Under the pieces are notes generated by a model. It was not told the origin of the DNA, ran no database searches, and saw only the letters and a list, made by a program, of their open reading frames with translations. Of a stretch of 64,000 bases of DNA, positions 46,049 to 54,574 are shown in pieces. The DNA is taken from the NCBI GenBank assembly GCA_038212275.1, contig JBBQUR010000016.1:32001-96000 (forward strand), in the 5' to 3' direction. Made by a program: the position numbers and the translations under genes. Source of the DNA: Planctomycetota bacterium (lineage in GTDB: Bacteria; Planctomycetota; B15-G4). The first letter of the stretch is position 1, and every line of letters starts with the position of its first letter.

Positions 46049-46987
46049 ATGAGAGCAGCGATCGTCTTCGTGCTGATGGCCGCCAGCGCGGCTGCCCAAT
46101 CGGGCCTGATCCAGAACGCTGCCCAGCTGGAGGCGACGCTCGGTGACAAGCTGCAGCTCGAGGACTTCGAGGGCCTCAGCCTCGCGGGCGGCACCTCGAC
46201 GCCCGCGCCCAATCCGCTGAATGCCGGAACCAAGCCGTCATGGCATCTGCTCTCCGGCGTGAGCTACGACTCGACTCACAACCTCGGCATGTACACCGGC
46301 CAGCTTCTGGGTGACGACAGCAACATCCTCGCCGGCGTCGGCAGCAGCACGAACGACGTCACGATCACGTTCGACGCGCCGCAGCTCGCCGTCGGCTTCT
46401 ACCTCGTGGACATCACGGGCAATCTTGCCTACCACGAGACGATCACCTTCCTGCGCGGCGCGACGGTGGTCGGCACGACCAGCCTCGTGCTGCCCAGCGC
46501 GAGCGAGCACTTCATCGGCTGGCAGGACGCGTCCGGCATCACCTCCGCACGCGTGACCTCCGATGCCTTCGCGATGGTCGACAACGTGATGTGGGGTGTC
46601 GCCGTGGCTCCTGTGGGTGTCTGGTCGAGCCTCGGCTCGGGCCTCGCCGGAGTCAGCGGCGTGCCGGGCCTGACCGGCTCGGGGACGCTCGCCGCGGGGT
46701 CCTCGGGCAGCCTCTCGCTGATAGCAGCGAAGCCGTCGGCGCCGGTGTTGCTGTTCGTGTCGGCATCGAGCAGCCCCGTGCCGTTCAAGGGCGGAACGCT
46801 GGTGGCCTTCCCGTACCTCGTGACGGTGCCGCTGAGCACCAGCGGCAGCGGGGCGCTGCTGCTGCCGTTCACGTGGCCGTCCGGGCTGCCCGCCGCGACG
46901 ACGGTCGTCTTCCAGTACGCCGTCCAGGACGCGGCGGCCGTGAAGGGCGTGGCGCTGAGCAATGCGCTGCAGGCCCTCACGCCGTAG
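46049..46987 (+). CDS. Secreted protein with beta-rich N-domain and shared C-terminal module
   Basis: AGGAG RBS; signal peptide MRAAIVFVLMAASAAA; PFKGGT...QYAVQD...SNAL tail. Confidence 0.85.
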   Translation: MRAAIVFVLMAASAAAQSGLIQNAAQLEATLGDKLQLEDFEGLSLAGGTSTPAPNPLNAGTKPSWHLLSGVSYDSTHNLGMYTGQLLGDDSNILAGVGSSTNDVTITFDAPQLAVGFYLVDITGNLAYHETITFLRGATVVGTTSLVLPSASEHFIGWQDASGITSARVTSDAFAMVDNVMWGVAVAPVGVWSSLGSGLAGVSGVPGLTGSGTLAAGSSGSLSLIAAKPSAPVLLFVSASSSPVPFKGGTLVAFPYLVTVPLSTSGSGALLLPFTWPSGLPAATTVVFQYAVQDAAAVKGVALSNALQALTP

Positions 46988-47037
46988 TCCGCGCGGCGAT
47001 CGTATAACCTGCGCGACCGATCCGGTGCAGCAGCAGC

Positions 47038-47131
47038 AGGAGGGGGCGCGCGCGAGGCGCCCCGTGCCGACCGGACGCAGCATGAGGAGGGGGCGCGCGC
47101 GAGGCGCCCCGTGCCGACCGGACGCAGCATG
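47038..47131. repeat. Perfect 47-bp tandem duplication
   Basis: aggagggggcgcgcgcgaggcgccccgtgccgaccggacgcagcatg at 47038-47084 and 47085-47131. Confidence 0.95.
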
Positions 47132-47154
47132 CCGGACACGTCGGGAGGTCGCGC

Positions 47155-48063
47155 GTGAAGACAATTCAGCATCACTTGTTCCGCGGCGCCGGGAGCATGG
47201 CCCTGGCGTTGCTCGCCGGTTGCGCGAGCAGCAAGGGGCCAGACCTCCTGACGTCCTACCGGCCGCCGGCCGCGGGCGAGTCCCTGCCGCCGCAGTTCTG
47301 GAACGAGGCGGCCTCCGCCGCCGGCGAGTCCGGCTACGAGGCCAGCTACTGGTTCCTTCCCACGTGGATCAGGGGACAGAGCACCGAGGTCGCGCCGAGC
47401 GGTGACAGCGTCTCGTCCAGGGGCGCAACGGTCGTCAACCCGGGCCTGCTCGTCCTGCCGTGGCTGCCGCTCTGGATCTCCGTGGACGAACAGCGCGACG
47501 GGAAGTCCGGCAAGCGCGAGACGAACAGCATGAGCTGGTCACCGCTGCACACGTCCAACGACGACGCGGGCTGGCCTGCCGACGAGCCCGCCATCCGCGC
47601 ATCGGGCTGGCCGCTGCTCTACGGGCGCTTCACTTACGGCACTGCCGCCGACGCGCCGCAGCTCGAGATGAACAACACGCTGTGGACGCTCGGCCCGTCG
47701 TGGGGAACCGCCGACCTGAAGACTGAGGACGGAGCCGTGAAGGGATGGTTCTGCGTGCCGATCTTCGCCGCGGGGCTCGGTTCGCTCGCGTGGTTTTCGG
47801 CGTCGTTCACCACGCCGACCGAGGAAGTCACCGCTCACGGCCCGCTGCAGGGCTGGCTCGGCTACCACTCGGTCGTCGATCACGAGGAGGACGACTTCAG
47901 CCGCGCCGTGGTGGGCGGCGTGCTCTGGTGCGACTGGGCCAACGCCGCCGACCCCGAGCAGGCGACGGACTCGCACCACGGCCCGCTGTGGGGCATGTTC
48001 GGCTGGGGTCGCTCGGACGGCGAGCCCGCGCTCTACCTGCTCTGGATACCGATCAAGGTCTGA
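47155..48063 (+). CDS. Hypothetical Trp/Gly-rich lipoprotein
   Basis: GGAGG RBS, GTG start, lipobox LAGC. Confidence 0.75.
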   Translation: MKTIQHHLFRGAGSMALALLAGCASSKGPDLLTSYRPPAAGESLPPQFWNEAASAAGESGYEASYWFLPTWIRGQSTEVAPSGDSVSSRGATVVNPGLLVLPWLPLWISVDEQRDGKSGKRETNSMSWSPLHTSNDDAGWPADEPAIRASGWPLLYGRFTYGTAADAPQLEMNNTLWTLGPSWGTADLKTEDGAVKGWFCVPIFAAGLGSLAWFSASFTTPTEEVTAHGPLQGWLGYHSVVDHEEDDFSRAVVGGVLWCDWANAADPEQATDSHHGPLWGMFGWGRSDGEPALYLLWIPIKV

Positions 48064-48118
48064 GCGACGTCGGGAGCGTTCGCAGGGCACGCTGCGGAGC
48101 GGCGCCCGGCGTCCGGCC

Positions 48119-49576
48119 TCAGCGCCTTGCCTTGCGCCTGCTCGCGCCGCCGGTCGCGGCCACGCCTTCCACCGGGCGCACGTAGGCCTCGTTGGCGACG
48201 GTGCCTTCGCGCAGGTAGCAGTTCACGCAGATGTTGTGGCACTGCGGCGAATAGACCGAGGCGCGCATCGCGTCGTAGGCCTCGCCGGTCCAGATGGACC
48301 AGAAGTCCGGCGACTTGTCGAGGTGCCCCAGCGCGATGCCGCCGCTGTTGCAGCACGGAAAGATGGAGCCGTCGGCTTCGAAGAAGGCCTGATCCCAGAG
48401 GTAAGGGCAGCGACCGAGGTATGCGGTCGGCGGCAGCTCGGCGGGGCGGGGCGCGGCGCGCTCGACGGTGCCGGTGCCGGCCCAGGCCTCGCCGCTGATC
48501 TCGGCAATGGTGGTGGGCACGCTGCCTGCCTTGCCGACGCCGGCCGGATGCGCGGCGCCCGAAGCTGCACCGGTGTCGACAGGCACGCTGCCGGAGGCCG
48601 CGATGGCCGCCGCGGTGCCGGCCGAGCGCGCCGCGGCCTCGGCGGCCTGCGCGGACTCCATCGTCTCGTGCCCGTCGGGGATGGCGAGGTCGAAGTCCGC
48701 GGGCAGCACGACGACCTGGTTGCGCGAGGCGGCCCGCGCCCGCGCCTCGGCGAAGGCCCGGTTGGCGCGCGCCTTGTGCTGCACCAGCGACTGGTCCTTC
48801 AGCTCGGCCATGAAGACCTGCAGGTGATTCGTGTAGAGGTGGTCCACGCCGAGGTCCTTCGCGAGATCCACCATGGCGGGCAACTCGTCGATGGTGTCGC
48901 GCATGAGGATGTAGCGGATGTTGTATTCGGGCGTCCGCTGGCCGCGCGCGGCGCGCCCCGCGGTGAGCATGCGCACGTTCTCGCAGACCTTGTCGAACTT
49001 GGCCCCGCCGCGCAGGCGCTCGAAGGTGTCCTTGGTGGCGCCATCCATGGAGATGTTCACGCGGCCGACGCCCTGCAGGATGCGGTCCAGCATGCCGGGC
49101 TTGCTGACCAGCATGGCGTTGGTGGTGAACTCGACGAAGACGCCGTGCTCGCGTGCCGCGTCGAGCAGCTCCTGGAAATGCGGGTCGTAGAGCGGCTCGC
49201 CGCTGACCGAGAGGGCAAGCTGGCGCAGGTAGGGGAAGACCTCGGCGACGATGGCCTTCACGTGCTCGGCCTTCATGTGCGGGCGGTTGCTGCCGTCGGG
49301 CTTGGCGTCCCACTGGTTGATGCAGAACTCGCAGCGGATGTTGCAGCGCGAGGTGCCGGCCACGGTGATGAAGCCCGGATACGCGCGAAAGCTGCTGTCG
49401 CCACGGGCCTCGGCGCGCTGAAGCTGCTCGCCGTTCACCTTCTTCAGGCTGGCGAGGAAGGCGGCCCTGCGCTCGGGGCCCATGCGCCGCGCCATCCGTC
49501 CGGGCAAGAGACGCCCTTGTCGGGTGGCCATGAGTGCTGGCCAGGTCGCGCGAAGCAAGGTCTCGGTGAGGCTCAT
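48119..49576 (-). CDS. Radical SAM protein with SPASM/Twitch domain
   Basis: CNIRCEFC, SGEP, TTNA, ISMDG; C-terminal CPYLW...DGSIFPCC...CHNICVNC. Confidence 0.92.
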   Translation of the reverse strand: MSLTETLLRATWPALMATRQGRLLPGRMARRMGPERRAAFLASLKKVNGEQLQRAEARGDSSFRAYPGFITVAGTSRCNIRCEFCINQWDAKPDGSNRPHMKAEHVKAIVAEVFPYLRQLALSVSGEPLYDPHFQELLDAAREHGVFVEFTTNAMLVSKPGMLDRILQGVGRVNISMDGATKDTFERLRGGAKFDKVCENVRMLTAGRAARGQRTPEYNIRYILMRDTIDELPAMVDLAKDLGVDHLYTNHLQVFMAELKDQSLVQHKARANRAFAEARARAASRNQVVVLPADFDLAIPDGHETMESAQAAEAAARSAGTAAAIAASGSVPVDTGAASGAAHPAGVGKAGSVPTTIAEISGEAWAGTGTVERAAPRPAELPPTAYLGRCPYLWDQAFFEADGSIFPCCNSGGIALGHLDKSPDFWSIWTGEAYDAMRASVYSPQCHNICVNCYLREGTVANEAYVRPVEGVAATGGASRRKARR

Positions 49577-49843
49577 GAAGGGCCGCTATACTATCCGATC
49601 CATTTTTGAGCCCGGCTTTGCCGACAGCAGAACAGCGGACTTGTCGGCGGTTGAAGGCCCCGAGCTTTTGTCCCGCACCTCGACCGCACCTCGACCGGAC
49701 CTGAAGATCAGCACCTCGATCAGCACCGGGTTCAGCACCCGGCCTGCACTTCCGACCGCGATCCCGCACGACTTCCCGATCCCGACCACGCCGCGTCTGC
49801 CCCTGACCGCTTTCCACCCGACCCGCGCCGAGCGCCCGCACCG

Positions 49844-51967
49844 ATGAAAATCCTCCTCGTCTACCCGCCCGACCGGACGCTGCCGACCATTCCCTTCAGC
49901 AGCCTCGCGGTGCTCCAGGGCTGCCTGCGGGCCAAGGGTCACGAGACGGTGGTGCGCGACATGAACGTCGAGGTCTTCGCGCACCTCGTGAAGCGCGACA
50001 AGCTCGCCCACTATGCCGACATCGTGGGCGGCTGGTTCTCGGAGCTGGACGGCAAGCCCGAGCTGACCGAGGCCGAGTACGACCGCTACCGCTTCCTGGC
50101 GCCCCTGGCCGCCGTGCCGCGCGAGGTGCTGCTGCGCGCCGAGGAAAGCCTCCACGTGATGAAGGACCGGAAGCGCTTCTACGAGCACGCCACCTTCAAT
50201 CGCGCCTTCGACGACCTCGCGGCGATGATCCGCTTCCTGTACGCGGCCAGCCCGATGTACGACGTCGAGTCCGCGGACTTCGTCACGAAGAACGTGGACG
50301 CGCTGCTGGCCTTCGGCGGCGACCCGGTGCAGGAGGCCTACGACGCGCTGCTCGACACCGTGGTGGCCGAGAAGCCCGACGTGGTCGCGATCACGATGCC
50401 GTTCAGCTTCCAGTTCTTCGAGGGGCTGCGCTTCGCGCACCTCTTCCGCAAGCGCCTGCCGAACGTGCCCATCGTCATCGGCGGCTGCACGGTCAACGAC
50501 TACAAGACCTCGCTCTTCAACGAGCCGCGCCTCTTCGACGTCATCGACTACGCCATGCCGGGCGAGGGCGAGGACGCGATCTGCGAGCTCATGGAGATGA
50601 TCGAGGGCAAGCGGCCCATCGAGCAGGTGAGCAACCTCGTCTGGCGCGACGCTGCGGGCGCGATCCGCTTCTCCACGATGCCGCCGAGCTACCCCGACCT
50701 CGACAAGGTGGCGCCGCCGGACTTCACCGGCGTACCCTTCGAGGGCTACCTCGTGCCGGATGGCATCGCCAACCTGCAGACCTCGCGCGGCTGCTACTAC
50801 GGCAAGTGCACCTTCTGCGGCGACTCCTTCCGCCGCAACTTCCGCATGCGCAAGCCCGAGCTCGTCTACCAGGACATCAAGGGCATCCACGAGCAGAGCG
50901 GCGTGAAATACTTCCTCTTCTGGGACAGCCTCGCGCCGCCCAAGACGCTGCGCACCGTCGCGGAAGGCATCATCCGCGACAAGCTGCCCGTCATGTGGTT
51001 CGCCGAGACCAAGTTCGAGAAGCCCTACGTGAATGCGGATCTCGTCGCGACGCTGAAGCGCGGCGGCGGCTCCTTCCTGCAGTTCGGCTTCGAGTCGGGC
51101 AGCCAGCGCGTGCTGGACCTCATCGACAAGGGCAACGACCTCAACCGCGTGGACCAGATCCTGCAGAACATGCACGACGTGGGCCTCAAGGCAGGCGTGA
51201 GCTGGTTCATCGGCTTCCCGGGCGAGACGCCGGAGGAGGCGCGCACCACCTTCGACTTCGTGAACTCGCGCCGCGACCGCATCGCGATCTCGGTGTATGC
51301 CGGCACCTTCATGCTGGGCGCGGACACGCTCGTCTTCGCCAACCCCGAGCGCTACGGCATCGACATCGTGCGCAGCGAGTCCGGCGGCTGGGACTACAAG
51401 CACACCGACGGCAGCCCGCGCTACGACCGGCAGCCGCTGGACGATGCCTTCCGCGCGCGCAGCGACCTGCCGCTGCTCTGCCACGGCGCCTACCTGATGT
51501 ACGCCTGCAACAAGGTGGAGGACCTGGAGAAGGTCACCGGCCTCGGCCGCTTCGGGCCGATCGCGCGCGAGATGATCGACGACCACTCGGCGGTGCTGCG
51601 CGGCAACGACGCGCTGCTCGTGCGCCGCTTCGGCTACGACGGCACGAAGCCGTGGACGCCGGGCGCAGCGTCGGTGAAGCGCGCCGAGGTGGACGTCGCC
51701 TACCTGCTCAAGAACGGGCAGACCTATCCGCTCGACGAAGACGACAAGCGCCTCATCGCGCTGGTCGACGGCCGCCGCACGCTGGGCGACATCCTCGGCG
51801 AGGCGTGCAAGGCCGGCGCCGCCGGTCCCGCGCTCGACGCCGCCCACGCGAAGCAGCGCGTCGCACGGCTCATCGACCGCGGCATCGTGCTGGCCCCGCG
51901 CGACTCCGCCGAGGCCCCGCCCGCCGCCACCAAGCCGGCCGGTACGCCGAGCACCGCCGCGGCCTGA
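49844..51967 (+). CDS. Cobalamin-binding radical SAM protein with C-terminal PqqD/RRE-like winged helix
   Basis: MKILLVYPP, SLAVLQGCL, IVIGG, GEGE; TSRGCYYGKCTFC; GFESGSQRVL; GFPGET; tail LIALVDGRRTLGDI...RLIDRGIV. Confidence 0.9.
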   Translation: MKILLVYPPDRTLPTIPFSSLAVLQGCLRAKGHETVVRDMNVEVFAHLVKRDKLAHYADIVGGWFSELDGKPELTEAEYDRYRFLAPLAAVPREVLLRAEESLHVMKDRKRFYEHATFNRAFDDLAAMIRFLYAASPMYDVESADFVTKNVDALLAFGGDPVQEAYDALLDTVVAEKPDVVAITMPFSFQFFEGLRFAHLFRKRLPNVPIVIGGCTVNDYKTSLFNEPRLFDVIDYAMPGEGEDAICELMEMIEGKRPIEQVSNLVWRDAAGAIRFSTMPPSYPDLDKVAPPDFTGVPFEGYLVPDGIANLQTSRGCYYGKCTFCGDSFRRNFRMRKPELVYQDIKGIHEQSGVKYFLFWDSLAPPKTLRTVAEGIIRDKLPVMWFAETKFEKPYVNADLVATLKRGGGSFLQFGFESGSQRVLDLIDKGNDLNRVDQILQNMHDVGLKAGVSWFIGFPGETPEEARTTFDFVNSRRDRIAISVYAGTFMLGADTLVFANPERYGIDIVRSESGGWDYKHTDGSPRYDRQPLDDAFRARSDLPLLCHGAYLMYACNKVEDLEKVTGLGRFGPIAREMIDDHSAVLRGNDALLVRRFGYDGTKPWTPGAASVKRAEVDVAYLLKNGQTYPLDEDDKRLIALVDGRRTLGDILGEACKAGAAGPALDAAHAKQRVARLIDRGIVLAPRDSAEAPPAATKPAGTPSTAAA

Positions 51968-52030
51968 GTGCCGCCGGCCGCCGCGCCGCCGACCGCCGAA
52001 TTGCCGCGCCCGCGCCGCCGCGCCGGAAGC

Positions 52031-52645
52031 TCAGTCGCTCACGCCCTCGGCGACCTTGCGCGCCCACTCGGGCACCTCGTCGAGGTAACGGTTCACGGCG
52101 GCGCGCTTGCTCAGGAAGTAGCGCACGACGAGGCCCTGCACGACCAGCGAGGTCACGAGAAGCGTGGGGTAGATGATGCGCTGGAAGGCCTCGGCATCGC
52201 GCCGCGCGCTGTCGCCGAGGGAACCGAGGCCCGACAGCTGGCTCGAGAACTCCTCGCTGAGCGCCGGCATCACGAGCCATGCGTACAAGAAGTACGAACA
52301 CATCACGGCCAGCCCCGCCAGCTCCGACTTCGCGACACGCAGCGGCGCCTGCGGGTGCGCGACGCGCAACTGACGCGCCGCGCCGCGCTCGAAGAGGCCG
52401 ACGGCCAGCAGCGCGACACCCAGGGTCAGGTTGACCACGTCCATGCCCAGGCCGCCTGCGAGCAGGCTCAACGCCCCGCCGATCGTGTAGAGCGTGCCAT
52501 CGAAATTCGCGACGCGGGCGGCGCGGGCCAGCGGCTTCAGCAGCCGCGCGGCGTCGACGAGCGCCTGCTGCTCCTGCGGCGTGAGCCCGGCGGATGCCGC
52601 GCTGCGCGGGGGCTGCTGGAACGGCGCGGACTGCGGCTCGGTCAC
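52031..52645 (-). CDS. Hypothetical membrane protein (about 4 TM)
   Basis: Hydrophobic segments; TAGTGT 6 nt before the GTG. Confidence 0.7.
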   Translation of the reverse strand: MTEPQSAPFQQPPRSAASAGLTPQEQQALVDAARLLKPLARAARVANFDGTLYTIGGALSLLAGGLGMDVVNLTLGVALLAVGLFERGAARQLRVAHPQAPLRVAKSELAGLAVMCSYFLYAWLVMPALSEEFSSQLSGLGSLGDSARRDAEAFQRIIYPTLLVTSLVVQGLVVRYFLSKRAAVNRYLDEVPEWARKVAEGVSD

Positions 52646-52687
52646 GCGCGCACACTACCACGCAGGGCCGCGGCTACGATGGCAGCG

Positions 52688-53884
52688 ATGCCTGCCGCGC
52701 ATGATTCCCCGCACGAGCACCCGAGCCGCGAGCCCTCTGCATCGCGCGGAGCGTTGTACGCCGCGCCCGACCTCGACGCGGACTTTCTGCTCGCCGTCAC
52801 GCGCACGCTGCACGAGGACATCCGCGCGCGCGTCTCCGAGTTGCTGCACCGCGCGCGCCGTGAGGGGCGGCCCGAGCTGGCCAGCGGCGTCGGCGCCCAG
52901 GGCGCAGGCGACATCGGCTACGCCATCGACGACGCGGCCGAGCGGGCGCTGCACGCCTTCGGCGAGCGAGTCGGCGCGCGCCACCCGCTGACGCTCATCG
53001 CCGAGGGCCCCGGCGTGCGCCAGCACGGCATCGCGCCCGCCGCGCCGCCCGCCACGATGCATGGCGCGGCGCACGCCACGATGCCCGCCACGACGCACGG
53101 CGCGATGCACGGCGGCCCGTCCGCCGCGCCGCCGCTCCGCGCACTCATCGACCCGGTGGACGGCACGCGTTCGCTCATGCACGACATGCGTTCGGCATGG
53201 GCGCTCACCGGGATCGCGCCGGATCGCGGTCCGGCCACGCGCCTCTCGGACATCGAGCTCGCCGTGCAGACCGAGCTGCCCACGACGTCTGCCGGCGCCT
53301 ACCACGTACTGTGGGCGCGGCGCGGTCAGGGCGCATGGATCGCGCGGCACGACGTCGCCACCGGACGCGAGCTGGAACGCGCACCGCTGCGCGCGCGACC
53401 CGAAGACGCCATCGAGAACGGCTACCTCTGCTTCACGCGCTTCCTCGCCGTGGAGCGCCCGCTCGTCGCGGCGCTCGAGCAGCGCTTCCTGGAGCGCATC
53501 ATCGCGGCCCACGCGCTCTCGCCGCGCCTGCTCTACGACGATCAGTATCTGTGCAGCGCGGGCCAGCTCTTCCTCACCGTGACGGGCCGCTACCGCATGC
53601 TCGCGGACCTGCGCGGCTGGCTGCACCGCACGCGCGGCATCCCCAATTTCACGGCCAAGCCCTACGACCTCGCCGCGCTGCTGATCTGCCGCGAGGCCGG
53701 CGTGCCCGTGCTCGACGAGCACTTCGCGCCCCTCGACGCGCCGCTGGACACCGAGACGAAGCTCTCGGTGATCGCCTTCGCGAATGAGGCCCTGCGCGCC
53801 CGGCTGGAGCCCCACCTGCGGGCGGCGATGGCGGCGATGGGGGCGTCGCACCCGCCGGGCCGGGAGCCGGAAGAAAAGCCTTAA
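52688..53884 (+). CDS. Inositol monophosphatase / FIG-superfamily phosphatase
   Basis: IDDAAE, IAEG, LIDPVDGT, KPYDLAA. Confidence 0.85.
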   Translation: MPAAHDSPHEHPSREPSASRGALYAAPDLDADFLLAVTRTLHEDIRARVSELLHRARREGRPELASGVGAQGAGDIGYAIDDAAERALHAFGERVGARHPLTLIAEGPGVRQHGIAPAAPPATMHGAAHATMPATTHGAMHGGPSAAPPLRALIDPVDGTRSLMHDMRSAWALTGIAPDRGPATRLSDIELAVQTELPTTSAGAYHVLWARRGQGAWIARHDVATGRELERAPLRARPEDAIENGYLCFTRFLAVERPLVAALEQRFLERIIAAHALSPRLLYDDQYLCSAGQLFLTVTGRYRMLADLRGWLHRTRGIPNFTAKPYDLAALLICREAGVPVLDEHFAPLDAPLDTETKLSVIAFANEALRARLEPHLRAAMAAMGASHPPGREPEEKP

Positions 53885-53938
53885 CAAGCTCCCGCCCCCG
53901 GCGTTGAGAGGCCCGAGTTCCTTCCACGGGGTTCGCCC

Positions 53939-54574
53939 ATGACAGCGATGTCCGACGTGCCCGACCCGGCTGACAGGCTGCCAGCAGACGTGCTGCGCGC
54001 CGCCGTCGCGCAGTTCGAGGCGCCGCTGCTGCGCTACGCCACGCGCCTGACCGGCCAGGCCGAGGTCGCACGCGACGTGGTGCAGGACTGCTTCCTGCGC
54101 CTGTGCGCGCAGCCGCGCGCCGCGGTCGAGACGCACCTCGCGGAATGGCTCTTCACCGTCTGCCGCAACCGCGCGACGGACCACCACCGCAAGGAGGGCC
54201 GCATGCAACAGCCAGCCATCAGCGCGTCGAGTCCCGGCGCGGACGTCCTGTCCGAGTCGGGGACGCACGCCTTCACCGGCGCGTCCGCGAGTTCCGGCAC
54301 CGACGCGGACCCGCACGCGGTCATCGAGCGCAGGGAATCAGTCGCGCGCGCACTGGCGCTGCTCGGCACGCTGCCGCGCAACCAGCAGGAGGTCATCCGC
54401 CTGAAGTTCCAGGAGGGCCTCTCCTACAAGGAAATCTCGGGCATCACGCAGCTCACGGTCAGCCACGTGGGCGTCCTGATTCACTTCGGGCTGAAGTCGT
54501 TGCGCGCACGGATGGATCTCGTGCCGCGCCTGGTGCCGGCGCCCATCGCTGCCGGCCACAAGGAGCACCCATGA
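53939..54574 (+). CDS. ECF RNA polymerase sigma factor
   Basis: ARDVVQDCFLRL, WLFTVCRNRATD, LPRNQQEVIRLKFQEGLSYKEI. Confidence 0.93.
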   Translation: MTAMSDVPDPADRLPADVLRAAVAQFEAPLLRYATRLTGQAEVARDVVQDCFLRLCAQPRAAVETHLAEWLFTVCRNRATDHHRKEGRMQQPAISASSPGADVLSESGTHAFTGASASSGTDADPHAVIERRESVARALALLGTLPRNQQEVIRLKFQEGLSYKEISGITQLTVSHVGVLIHFGLKSLRARMDLVPRLVPAPIAAGHKEHP

